Of a DNA stretch of 64,000 nt, positions 37,194 to 46,141 are shown one piece after another. Position 1 is the stretch's first letter. Each line of letters begins with the position of its first letter. Both the position numbers and the translations under genes were made by a program. The notes under the pieces are model-generated. The model was not told the origin of the DNA and ran no database searches. It was given only the letters and a program-made list of their open reading frames with translations. This DNA comes from Candidatus Adlerbacteria bacterium (GTDB taxonomy: Bacteria; Patescibacteriota; Minisyncoccia; Phycocordibacterales; SBAW01), in the NCBI GenBank assembly GCA_028286685.1, contig JAQBRA010000005.1, positions 80,726 to 144,725 of the forward strand, read 5' to 3'.

Positions 37194-38030
37194 TTGTATA
37201 CTACGGCCATGGACCTTAAACAAATAGCCTGGGGCGCGGGAATTCTATTGGCACTCGCTTTGGTGTTTGGCATCTGGGCGTCCTACACCACTCCCGCCAA
37301 GGTTGAAACTCCGCAGCAGCAGGCCCTCGCCGGCACCCTGCAGCCCAATGGCGATTACAAATACAGCGAGTCGACCGAAATCTACACGATAGAGGCTTCC
37401 TGGCCCGAAAAGGTGCCATTGGCCACTGCCGAAGCAAGCGCCAAGGCCCGTTTTGCAATCGAGCAAGGGCTTTCCGACGAGATAAACCGCTTTAAGGCGG
37501 ACAGCAATTTTGCCGGCATGACGCAGGCAGATATCGAGATGATGGGCATCGGCGGCGACCGCAAGTATGCCCTGGCGCTGGAATATAAGGATTATGACGC
37601 TCCGGGCTACCACTCGTATGCTTACACCGTATATGCCGACACCTTGGGCGCGCATCCCAACGGCTACTTCAAGACGTTCGTGTTTGATGTCGAGGGTAAC
37701 CGCGTCATGCTCGCCGACCTGTTTGACCCTTCTGTCAACTGGCTCGAGGAGCTTTCCCTGCTGGTTTCCAATGATGTAACTGCTCAGATGAAAGCTCGGC
37801 TGGGGGAGAGCCTCCCGCAGGGCGACGAGGGCCCGGACCTGACCGGCGCCATCTTCCCCGAAGGCCTCTCTCCGTCAGAGGAAAACTTCCAGAACTTCGT
37901 TATCGACGGGGATGCGCTGGTTATTCTCATCCCGCCGTACCAGGTGGCCGCCTATGCTGCAGGCTCCTTCGAGGTCCGCATCCCGTTTGCAGACATTGCA
38001 AGCAATCTGAAGGTGGGCGTGATGCGATAG
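37194..38030 (+). CDS. Membrane-anchored DUF3298/DUF4163-like (RsiV/PdaC-type) domain protein
   Basis: A TM anchor followed by an ...EIYTIEASWPE...KYALALEYKDYDAPGYHSYAYTVYADTLGAHPNGYFKTFVFD... region, reminiscent of the RsiV extracellular domain pair. Confidence 0.5.
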   Translation: MYTTAMDLKQIAWGAGILLALALVFGIWASYTTPAKVETPQQQALAGTLQPNGDYKYSESTEIYTIEASWPEKVPLATAEASAKARFAIEQGLSDEINRFKADSNFAGMTQADIEMMGIGGDRKYALALEYKDYDAPGYHSYAYTVYADTLGAHPNGYFKTFVFDVEGNRVMLADLFDPSVNWLEELSLLVSNDVTAQMKARLGESLPQGDEGPDLTGAIFPEGLSPSEENFQNFVIDGDALVILIPPYQVAAYAAGSFEVRIPFADIASNLKVGVMR

Positions 38031-38108
38031 GCCATACAAGAACTCCCGCAGAAACGAAAAAGCCCCGAATATTCGGGGCTTTTTCGTTCGAGGGGATGAA
38101 ACAGCTAG

Positions 38109-38381
38109 CTACTTCACTGCCTCCTTGAGAGCCTTGGCGGGCTGGAACTTGGGCACGCGCATGGCGGGGACCTGTACGGTCGCGCCCGTGCGCGGGTTGC
38201 GGGCCTGGCGCGCGGCGCGCATCTTGGTCTTAAAGATGCCAAGACCGGCTACGGAGACCTCGCCGCCCGACTTCAACTCGGTGACGATGCAATCGATCAT
38301 GGTCTCGACTGCGCGTTCCGCATCGGCCTTGGTAGAACCCAAGACGCCGTGCACTTTCTCCGCGATATCTTGCTTGTTCAT
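38109..38381 (-). CDS. hup: HU-family DNA-binding protein
   Basis: MNKQDIAEKV...GLGIFKTKMRAARQARNPRTGATVQVPAMRVPKFQPAKALKEAV, 90 aa. Confidence 0.85.
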   Translation of the reverse strand: MNKQDIAEKVHGVLGSTKADAERAVETMIDCIVTELKSGGEVSVAGLGIFKTKMRAARQARNPRTGATVQVPAMRVPKFQPAKALKEAVK

Positions 38382-38482
38382 AGCGAAATATGTTGGCTGG
38401 TAAAGGTTTTGCCCTGCGCCGCTAGTATACCCCCCTCAAAAAAGCTTGCAACAAAGGGCGGGGGATAGACAAGAGCTGGTTT

Positions 38483-40012
38483 TTACCGAGCAAACTCTAT
38501 AGCGCGCAGCTCGCGGATGACATTTATCTTTATCTCTCCGGGGTATTTCAGCTCGTTTTCGATGCGGAGCGCTATGTTGCGGGCTAATTCGCGGGCCTGG
38601 AAGTCGGTCATATCCTCGGGCTTAACGAACACGCGCACTTCGCGCCCGGCTGAAATGGCGTAGGACTTCTCCACGCCTTCAAACGAGTTAGCAATGCCTT
38701 CAATGTCTTGGAGGCGCTTGATGTATTGCTCGACCGAGTCGCGGCGAGCGCCCGGACGTCCGCCTGAGATAGCATCGGCCACCTGCACGATGTAGGACTC
38801 CAGGGTCTCGTACGGGTATTCCTCGTGGTGGGCCTGCATGGCCTTTATGACTTCCTCCTGGACGCCGAACTTCTGCAGCACGCGGCGGCCGATCTCCACG
38901 TGCGTGCCCTGTACTTCGTGGTCAAGCGCCTTGCCTATGTCGTGCAAGAGGGCGCCTGCACGGGCCACTTGCGGGTTCGCACCCAGCTCTTCGGCGAGCA
39001 TGCCGGCAATGTGGGCCATTTCTATGGAGTGCTGCAGCACCGACTGCCCGTAGCTGGTGCGGAAATGGAGCCGGCCGAGGATCATGAGGAGCTTCGGATC
39101 GAGATTGAGGACTCCGGTCTCGAAGGCGGCCGCATCGGCCTTCTCCTTGATTATCTTGTTTGCCTCGGCTTTGCATTTCTCGACGATCTCCTCGATCTTG
39201 GCCGGCTGGATGCGGCCGTCGATTATAAGCTGCTCGAGCGCCATGCGCGCTATCGCGCGGCGCAGCGGATCGTAGGAAGAAAGCACGATAGAGCCTGGCG
39301 TGTCATCGATGATGACCTCGACGCCGGTAGCGCGCTCGAACGCCTTTATGTTGCGGCCCTCCTTGCCGATTATCTTGCCCTTAAGTTCGTCGTTGGGGAT
39401 AGTGATGGCGGTTGCCATGGTGTCGGAGGCGACCGAGTTTCCGAGGCGGTGTATGGCAGTCGTCAAAATCTCGCGGGCCTTGCGCTCGAGGCGCTCGTGC
39501 CCGTCGCGCTCCAGCTTGGTCGCGCGCATCATGAAGTCCTCGTCGGCTTCGCGCTCAATCTCCTGCATGAGCTGCGTTTTAGCCTCGTCCTTGGTCAGTC
39601 CGGCCACTTTGGCGAGCTCGCCTGCGCGCTCCGTCAGGAGCGTGTCGGCGCGCTCCTTGATGCTGCGGACCTCCTCGATCTTTCCCTTAAGCGCCTGGAC
39701 CTCCGAGTCGAGCTCGCCCTGCTTCTTGTCCAGGGCTTCCTCACGCTTAAAAACGCGCTCTTCGGCGCGGGTTACCTTCTCCTCTTTTTCAGCCACGGTC
39801 GCATCAAGCGAAGACATGACCTCTTTAGCCTTCTGGTCTGCCTCTTCGGTGATTTTCTGCGCTTGGACCTGGGCGTTGAGGACTATCTGCTTTACCTCTA
39901 TTTCGATCGAACCCTTACGGGCGAGTACCAAGAGCCAGCGCAGGACGTAGCCGAGCGCCGCTCCCCCCAAGGCCGCCAAGGCCAAGAGGACGAACACTAG
40001 TTTTAATGACAT
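38483..40012 (-). CDS. rny: Ribonuclease Y
   Basis: N-terminal TM helix, coiled coil, KH domain (GKIIGKEGRNIKAFERATGVEVIID) and HD domain (GALLHDIGKA). Confidence 0.85.
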   Translation of the reverse strand: MSLKLVFVLLALAALGGAALGYVLRWLLVLARKGSIEIEVKQIVLNAQVQAQKITEEADQKAKEVMSSLDATVAEKEEKVTRAEERVFKREEALDKKQGELDSEVQALKGKIEEVRSIKERADTLLTERAGELAKVAGLTKDEAKTQLMQEIEREADEDFMMRATKLERDGHERLERKAREILTTAIHRLGNSVASDTMATAITIPNDELKGKIIGKEGRNIKAFERATGVEVIIDDTPGSIVLSSYDPLRRAIARMALEQLIIDGRIQPAKIEEIVEKCKAEANKIIKEKADAAAFETGVLNLDPKLLMILGRLHFRTSYGQSVLQHSIEMAHIAGMLAEELGANPQVARAGALLHDIGKALDHEVQGTHVEIGRRVLQKFGVQEEVIKAMQAHHEEYPYETLESYIVQVADAISGGRPGARRDSVEQYIKRLQDIEGIANSFEGVEKSYAISAGREVRVFVKPEDMTDFQARELARNIALRIENELKYPGEIKINVIRELRAIEFAR

Positions 40013-40171
40013 AGAAAGGAATCATGAAGTTTGTAGTGAAATGCACAGCCTCAGAATAGCACAAAAGGCAAGGGCCGCAATTCTGCGGAAAATAGTCTGG
40101 CCCGAGAGCGCTCCGAGCGCGATACGGGAGATCCGAGGACTTTTTCTGCAGAATTGCGGCCCGGGGCCTGT

Positions 40172-40813
40172 TTACTTCTTCGAAGTGGGAGTGCTCAGGC
40201 CTTTCTGGGTAAAGATCGCATCAATGAGGCCGTACTTCTTAGCGTCCTCGGCCATCATGAAGTAGTCGCGGTCCACATCCTTCTCCACTTTCTCGAGCGG
40301 CTGGCCCGATGCCTTGGCAAGAATCTTGTTGAGGCGCTCGCGGGTTGCGATGATGTGCTTGGCGGTAATCTCGATGTCGGTCGCCTGGCCCTGGGCTCCG
40401 CCCCATGGCTGGTGGATCATGACCTCGGCGTTAGGCAGGGCAAAGCGCTTGCCTTTTTCTCCGACGGCCAGGATGACTGCTGCGGCGGAGGCGGCCATGC
40501 CCACGCATACGGTAGCAACGTCCGGCTTAACGTGGTTCATGGTGTCGAGTATCGCCAAGCCGGCCGAGACCGAGCCGCCAGGAGAGTTGATGTAGATGTG
40601 GATGTCCTTCTTGGGATCCTCGGACTCCAAGAAGAGGAGCTGCGCGATGATGAGGTTGGCCATATGGTCCTCGATAGGGCCGGTAAGGAAGATAATGCGC
40701 TCCCTAAGCAGGCGCGAGAATATGTCGTACGCGCGCTCGCCGTACGGCGACTTCTCGATAACCATGGGCACGAGCTGGTTTCGGAATCCTTCGGAGTGGT
40801 CGTTGTTTTGCAT
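40172..40813 (-). CDS. clpP: ATP-dependent Clp protease proteolytic subunit
   Basis: An internal ATG at 40813 gives ...[49 protein letters not shown]...MIHQP. The Ser-His-Asp context is conserved. Confidence 0.85.
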   Translation of the reverse strand: MQNNDHSEGFRNQLVPMVIEKSPYGERAYDIFSRLLRERIIFLTGPIEDHMANLIIAQLLFLESEDPKKDIHIYINSPGGSVSAGLAILDTMNHVKPDVATVCVGMAASAAAVILAVGEKGKRFALPNAEVMIHQPWGGAQGQATDIEITAKHIIATRERLNKILAKASGQPLEKVEKDVDRDYFMMAEDAKKYGLIDAIFTQKGLSTPTSKK

Positions 40814-40920
40814 GGGCACAGTATAGTTCTTGACGCCCCAACTTTCAAGGGTGATAATGCGCAGGCAGGGCAATTCTCTTAGTCGTCCAACTTTTGGCGG
40901 CTCAACCACCAGGGGCTATC

Positions 40921-41151
40921 ATGTCGAACTACATTCTCGCTGTCGGCGCTTGCATCGTGTTGGTCATTATTGCGTCGATGGGTGCCGTGCACTACGTCGA
41001 AGTCTTCTACTCGACGGAAGCCGCAGCCACCTCCCTCTACGTAGCCGCTCCATGCGCAGCCTTCCTGATAGGGCTTATCCTTGTCATGTTTGAGGATTTG
41101 CGCATCCGGCTCACGCTGCAATCCCGGGCAGAACGCGGGTTCCATGGGTAA
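40921..41151 (+). CDS. Small two-TM membrane protein, hypothetical
   Basis: MSNYILAVGACIVLVIIASMGAV... and a second helix AAPCAAFLIGLILVMF. A terminator ggccggac-ttcgt-gtccggcc followed by T8 lies at 41199-41230. Confidence 0.35.
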   Translation: MSNYILAVGACIVLVIIASMGAVHYVEVFYSTEAAATSLYVAAPCAAFLIGLILVMFEDLRIRLTLQSRAERGFHG

Positions 41152-41252
41152 CTAAGTGGACGTTCTTTCGTTCATAAAGCGCCTTCGGGTGCTTAAAGGC
41201 CGGACTTCGTGTCCGGCCTTTTTTTTCCTATTCCCAAAAGTTGATAACTCCT

Positions 41253-41281
41253 TTGACGCAGTAAGCGAGCAGGAGTATAAC
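41253..41281 (+). promoter_or_regulatory. Near-consensus sigma70 promoter (TTGACG, 17 nt, TATAAC)
   Basis: -35 at 41253-41258 and -10 at 41276-41281. It would drive a transcript of about 300 nt that ends at the 41559-41590 terminator. Confidence 0.45.
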
Positions 41282-41389
41282 TCACCACTAGACGGTCTTG
41301 TTTGGTAAAGCATGTCGTGGTCAGGCGCGTCGGGTGCCAACCGCTCTGCAGGGAATCTGCACCAACTACCCCAAAAACGGGGAAGGTGT

Positions 41390-41537
41390 CATGAAAGTGT
41401 GGAAGTTTGACCATAGGTCGGGACGTCACAGGCTGTGCATCAAGAAAACTTCCTTGGCGGCCAAAGCGGCCCTGGTCAAGTGTTTGGCCAGAATCGAAGG
41501 CGCGCGCCATCTGGGCGCAAAGACGGTTCGTTCATAG
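41390..41537 (+). CDS. Candidate 48-aa basic small protein (or a non-coding transcript)
   Basis: GGAAGG precedes the ATG by 6 nt. MKVWKFDHRSGRHRLCIKKTSLAAKAALVKCLARIEGARHLGAKTVRS. Promoter and terminator bracket it. Confidence 0.3.
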
Positions 41538-41558
41538 AGCCGCAAGCAAAAATATTAG

Positions 41559-41590
41559 AGGCCTGGTCGCAAGATCAGGCCTTTTTCCTT
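41559..41590 (+). terminator. Rho-independent terminator
   Basis: aggcctg-gtcgcaagat-caggcct followed by ttttcctt. Confidence 0.5.
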
Positions 41591-41626
41591 GCAAAATGAG
41601 GGTATTTTAGGAGAAGTAGAGGATAC

Positions 41627-41655
41627 TTGACAAAACAGCAATATGGGAGTATAAT
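41627..41655 (+). promoter_or_regulatory. Perfect consensus sigma70 promoter (TTGACA, 17 nt, TATAAT)
   Basis: TTGACA at 41627-41632 and TATAAT at 41650-41655 with an exact 17-nt spacer. It lies 40 nt upstream of a strong RBS, agggagag. Confidence 0.6.
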
Positions 41656-41695
41656 ATAAATATAGGATGATCTTTGAGCAAGAGGGAGAGCGACC

Positions 41696-41887
41696 ATGAT
41701 CACTTCGACTTTTGCTGGTCTGGCCCTCCTGGCCGCAGCATACTCCACCCATGTGCCGATGCCGGTAGTTGAGCTGGAGGATCTGCTCCAGCTCCCTGTT
41801 TCGGAAGAAGTACAACAGCCTAGCTATAAGGGCCCATACGCAGAGTACTGCGAGATCCATGCAGATGATAAAGAAGTGTGCGACTAA
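41696..41887 (+). CDS. Small secreted acidic peptide with two Cys (63 aa)
   Basis: Signal peptide MITSTFAGLALLAAAYSTHVP, then an acidic mature part ...YAEYCEIHADDKEVCD. Strong promoter and RBS upstream, and a terminator at 41888-41925. Confidence 0.45.
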   Translation: MITSTFAGLALLAAAYSTHVPMPVVELEDLLQLPVSEEVQQPSYKGPYAEYCEIHADDKEVCD

Positions 41888-41939
41888 AAAGGCGGACCGG
41901 AATTTCTCCGGCCCGCCTTTTCTACTGCCTAAATAAATT

Positions 41940-42980
41940 TTACTTGGTTCCCTCCAGGAGTTTCAGGACCTGCTCGTTGCGCAGCACGGTCTCGATGTGG
42001 ACCTTAACGAGGTCCGGCTTGGCCTCGGGGAAGTGCTCGAGCGCATGCTTCATCTCGGCCTCGATTGCGGTCGGGTCGGCCTCAACCTTCTCGTCCTCAG
42101 CAATCTTGTTAAGCAGGAGCTGGAGCTTGGCGCGCTTGCGGGCCTGGTCGCGGAACTCATCCTTCATGTCGTCCTGCGACTTGCCGACGCGCTTGAGGTA
42201 GTCGTCCATGGTCATGCCCATGCGCTCGATATCCTCGCCCATCTGCGCCAAAATCTTCTGCAGCTCGCTTTCAACAAATATCGCGGGCACGGCAAGGTCG
42301 GACTTCTCAAGCAATGCCTCGATCAGCTTGCCGCGGCGCTTGTCGCGCGCCTGGCGGGCCTTCTCCTCGGTGATGCCTTTGGTTATCTGCTCGCGCAGCG
42401 CCACGAGCGATTCAAACGCGCCCACAGATTTGGCAAACTCGTCGTTGAGCTCCGGCAGTACGGGCTCCTGGCCCTCTTCGGCCTTAGGTGCGCGGCTGCG
42501 GCGCAGGTCTTCAAGCGTCTTATCTACCTCCTCTTGCGTGGCCGGCTCTGCCGCTTCAAGAGCGACTTCCTCGGTAAGCTTCTTCCAGTCCTTGGGGACT
42601 TCCACAGCAGGGTAGACGCTGGCGCGCACAATGAGTCCTACGGGATTACCGGGAGCAAGCTTGGTGATGGCGACGTTGGGGCGGCCGATAGCGTCCACCT
42701 TGTGCGCCTCTATAAGCTCGAGATAAAAATCCTTAACAAACAGCTCGACCGCCTCTTCCAAAACGGCAATTTCACCTACATTCTTAAGCGCCATGTCAGC
42801 CGGCACTTTGCCCGGGCGGAAGCCTGGCAAGTTTAGGTGCTCGGCGATGTGCGCCAGGGCCTGGGTGCGGTACGGCTCCACGGCCTCATAGGGAACGTCC
42901 CCTGAAAGCTCAACTTCGGAGTCCGGCAGGCTCTTAAGCGCGAATTGCTTCGCTATGTCTGCAAATGTATTCGATTCCAT
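41940..42980 (-). CDS. tig: Trigger factor lacking the PPIase domain
   Basis: GFRPGKVP ribosome-binding signature in the N domain and a helical C domain. It is 346 aa against about 430 aa for canonical TF. Confidence 0.75.
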   Translation of the reverse strand: MESNTFADIAKQFALKSLPDSEVELSGDVPYEAVEPYRTQALAHIAEHLNLPGFRPGKVPADMALKNVGEIAVLEEAVELFVKDFYLELIEAHKVDAIGRPNVAITKLAPGNPVGLIVRASVYPAVEVPKDWKKLTEEVALEAAEPATQEEVDKTLEDLRRSRAPKAEEGQEPVLPELNDEFAKSVGAFESLVALREQITKGITEEKARQARDKRRGKLIEALLEKSDLAVPAIFVESELQKILAQMGEDIERMGMTMDDYLKRVGKSQDDMKDEFRDQARKRAKLQLLLNKIAEDEKVEADPTAIEAEMKHALEHFPEAKPDLVKVHIETVLRNEQVLKLLEGTK

Positions 42981-43009
42981 TCGGGCGATAGTAGCAGATT
43001 TCGCCCGAA

Positions 43010-43294
43010 TTACAAAGCGTTATTGAGGTCGGTGACGTCGGCATCGGCGCCGCTGGTGCCCGTTGCGTCGAGGTCTGCCTGCATGGCATCTACGGATTCA
43101 TCTGATGCCGTAGCGGTCTCGGCACCCTGCGCTGCATTCAACTGCTCCTCAGCTGCCGCCTGCTTCTGCTGCTGTTCATAAAAGAAATAGAATCCGCCGG
43201 CTGCAAGCAGGAGAACTATTATTACTGCGGCAGCCAAGGGGCCGACATTGCCGGAGCCGGGCGCTGGCTGTGTAGGAAAAGGGTTCTGGTCCAT
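43010..43294 (-). CDS. Small membrane-anchored acidic protein, hypothetical
   Basis: N-terminal TM helix (LAAAVIIVLLLAAGGFYFFY) followed by a Q/A/E/D-rich tail. Confidence 0.4.
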   Translation of the reverse strand: MDQNPFPTQPAPGSGNVGPLAAAVIIVLLLAAGGFYFFYEQQQKQAAAEEQLNAAQGAETATASDESVDAMQADLDATGTSGADADVTDLNNAL

Positions 43295-43316
43295 ATAAGC
43301 GTCGATTAGCGGTTAA

Positions 43317-44033
43317 TTATCTGGTAATTGTAGTCTGGGTAGTTGAGGTGGCCGTAGCCTCGGCTCTGATCGAGCGCAGCAGCGTTCCTAAGTCGTCCTT
43401 GGCGAGCTTGAGTGCATCCTCGGCAGCCTTTACCGCGCTGCGCACCGCCGGTATTTCCGCTTTCGGGGTCGTAGTAGCCATTGCAGCCTGGAGCGTCGCA
43501 TTGACGGAGATTATCTTGTCGTCTGCAGCGTCAATGCTCGCGCGAGCCTCAGCGAGAAGCGCTATCGAGGCGTCCATGTCGCGGCCCCCTGCCTCGAGTT
43601 CGCCTATGCGGTCTTCGGCGCGATCGGCAATTGAGGCAAGGCGCACCGAGGTAGAGGCGAGCCGATCAGACACTTGGCCGACCAGTTTTTCCACCCGATC
43701 GCCGAAGCGCTCATGAGCCTTCTCGCGGGCCTCTTTGGCGCGCTCCTGCATAGTACCGCGCTTCTGCTCAACCAGTGCATGGATGGCATCGAGCTTCTTC
43801 TTGATAACTTCGCGCGTGGTCGAGGCAGTCCCCTTAAGCTCGGCGCGGGTGGTAGAGGCAACGTTTCGTATCGCAGGCCCTAGTTTTTGTAGTGCCGCCG
43901 GACGGAGCTTTTCCATCGTGGTCGAGGCGTGCATCTCAGCTTTGAGGTTTGGGCGCACATCTTCTGTCTGCGCGAGCACAAAAGACGGAGCAAGGAGAAG
44001 CGAGGCGGCTACAAGGGTGGCGAGTTTTTTCAT
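43317..44033 (-). CDS. Secreted helical (coiled-coil-like) protein, hypothetical
   Basis: Signal peptide MKKLATLVAASLLLAPSFVLAQT, then an Ala/Arg/Glu-rich helical repeat sequence. Confidence 0.5.
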   Translation of the reverse strand: MKKLATLVAASLLLAPSFVLAQTEDVRPNLKAEMHASTTMEKLRPAALQKLGPAIRNVASTTRAELKGTASTTREVIKKKLDAIHALVEQKRGTMQERAKEAREKAHERFGDRVEKLVGQVSDRLASTSVRLASIADRAEDRIGELEAGGRDMDASIALLAEARASIDAADDKIISVNATLQAAMATTTPKAEIPAVRSAVKAAEDALKLAKDDLGTLLRSIRAEATATSTTQTTITR

Positions 44034-44145
44034 AGAGAGGCGGAAGTAAATTAATCTGTTACTGCGTATCTAAAGTATACGTGAAATGCCCGTCATGTGA
44101 TGACGGGCATGGGGAGAGGGAATTACTGCGGCGCTTATAAGGGCT

Positions 44146-44682
44146 CTACTGCGCCTTTCTTTGCTGGTAGATCGAAACTGACTTCTTCACGGCTTCTAGT
44201 GCCGCTGCCTTGTCATAGATGCCTTTTATCTCGACCGGGGCCGGCTTGCCCTTAAGGGCCTTGTAGGTCTCGAAGAAATGCTGGAACTCCTTGAGGCTGT
44301 GCTTGTTTATGTCTTTGAGGTCCTGCACGTCGTCCCAGCGCTTATCTTCCACAGGCACGGCGATGATTTTGTAGTCGCTTTCCCCGCCGTCGACCATGTC
44401 GATGACTGCCACGGGGCGCACGGCTACCAGTATGCCCGGGTGCAAAGGGAACGTGGTCAGCACGATGACGTCGAGAGGATCGCCATCCTCCCACAGGGTC
44501 TGCGGCGCAAAGCCGTAGTCGAACGGAAAGGGGGCCGAGGAGTAGTTGGCGCGATCGAGCTTGATGAGGCCCGTGTCCTTGTCGACTTCATACTTGTTTG
44601 CGGAACCCTTCGGGATCTCGATGATGACGTTTATTTCGTTCGGTGCGTCATCGCCCAGGGGTACGTCGTGCCAGAGGTTCAT
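44146..44682 (-). CDS. ppa: Inorganic pyrophosphatase
   Basis: IEIPKGSANKYEVDKDTG...DGDPLDVIVL motifs. 178 aa. Confidence 0.85.
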   Translation of the reverse strand: MNLWHDVPLGDDAPNEINVIIEIPKGSANKYEVDKDTGLIKLDRANYSSAPFPFDYGFAPQTLWEDGDPLDVIVLTTFPLHPGILVAVRPVAVIDMVDGGESDYKIIAVPVEDKRWDDVQDLKDINKHSLKEFQHFFETYKALKGKPAPVEIKGIYDKAAALEAVKKSVSIYQQRKAQ

Positions 44683-44797
44683 ATAGTAAAAATTAAATAG
44701 ACTGACTTAATAACCCATACATCATATATAGCGGCGGCGCATAGTGCAATAAAGAAAAAGCCCGGACGCATGTCCGGGCTTTTTCTTTTTGATTTGT

Positions 44798-46000
44798 TTA
44801 CTCAGCTTCGAGCGGCGGGGGAGCGATGTCGGCCGGGTTAGGGGCGTCCGCTATATCTTTGTCGGAGGTCGGCTTGGTGCCGCCAACGCTCTGGATATCA
44901 AGGCGCCAGCCGGTGAGCTTGGCCGCCAAGCGCACGTTCTGTCCGCCGCGCCCGATTGCCAAAGACTGCTGGTCGTCGGCAACCTTAACCAGGGCCTGGT
45001 GCTGCTCCTCGTCGAGGTTCACCTCGAGTATGCGGGCCGGAGAGAGCGCCTCCTCGATAAAGCCCTTGGTATCCTCGTTCCACTCGATAATATCGATCTT
45101 CTCGCCGCCGAGCTCGGAGGTAACGGTCGAGACGCGCACGCCGCGCTGGCCAACGAGGGAGCCTACCGGGTCCACATGCGGATCGGTCGAGGTAACGGCC
45201 ACTTTGGAGCGACTGCCGGCCTCGCGCGCGATAGCCTTGAAAATGACGGTGCCGTGGGCAACCTCGGGTACCTCGAGCTCGAAGAGCTTCTTGAGGAAGT
45301 CAGGATGCGCGCGGGACATGCGCAGGTAAATGCCGCGAGGAGACTCCTCTACTTGGTAGAGGAGGGCGCGGATGCGCTCGCCCTGGCGGTAGCGCTCTCC
45401 CGGGATCTGCTCGTCGTAGGGGAGTATGCCGGTAGCGCGGCCCAAGTCGATGTAGATATTGCCGCGCTCCATGCGCTGCACGGTGCCGCTAACGATATCG
45501 CCCTGGCGCGCACCGTACTCGGCAACGACCGAGACCTTCTCAGCCTCGCGGATCTTCTGGATGATGACCTGCTTGGCGGTCTGGGCGGCGATGCGGCCGT
45601 AGTCGTCCTTGGCTTCAAGCGGGAAGACGAGCTCTTCGCCTACCTGGACGTCGCGCTTGATGAACTTGGCATCGGCCAAGAGGATATGCTGCTCGGGGTT
45701 GTAGCGCGGCAGCTCGGGAACAATGTTGCCCTCGGCATCAAGCTCCGGCTCCTCTTCCTCTTCGCCTTCCTCCTCCATGCGCACCGTCGACTCGTCGACG
45801 ACCTCCTTTACCTGCTCGAACTCGGTCGTGCCGGCGCTCATGTCCAGGCGGGCGCGGATAACCTGGCCCTTCTTGGCGTACTCCTTCTTATATGCGGTCG
45901 CCAAAGCGGCCTCGATGGCCTCGATAACCTTCTCGCGCGGGATGCCCTTCTCTTCTTCGAGCTCGCCGAGGACCGAGTTCATTACTTTTAAATCCATCAT
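44798..46000 (-). CDS. nusA: Transcription termination/antitermination factor NusA
   Basis: N-terminal domain, S1 domain and two KH domains (...GQNVRLAAKLTGWRLDI...). A terminator hairpin lies downstream at 44756-44785. Confidence 0.9.
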   Translation of the reverse strand: MMDLKVMNSVLGELEEEKGIPREKVIEAIEAALATAYKKEYAKKGQVIRARLDMSAGTTEFEQVKEVVDESTVRMEEEGEEEEEPELDAEGNIVPELPRYNPEQHILLADAKFIKRDVQVGEELVFPLEAKDDYGRIAAQTAKQVIIQKIREAEKVSVVAEYGARQGDIVSGTVQRMERGNIYIDLGRATGILPYDEQIPGERYRQGERIRALLYQVEESPRGIYLRMSRAHPDFLKKLFELEVPEVAHGTVIFKAIAREAGSRSKVAVTSTDPHVDPVGSLVGQRGVRVSTVTSELGGEKIDIIEWNEDTKGFIEEALSPARILEVNLDEEQHQALVKVADDQQSLAIGRGGQNVRLAAKLTGWRLDIQSVGGTKPTSDKDIADAPNPADIAPPPLEAE

Positions 46001-46141
46001 ATATGGGTGCGTTATTTAAATTTTTTAAGTCTGAAGCCTCTTTCCGTTTGGAAAAAAGAAAGACCGCCCACTCGGGGCAGTCATTCAGATACGTTTATCC
46101 TACCCCCAGGCCCGTATAAAGTCAATAGTGTTATATAATGA

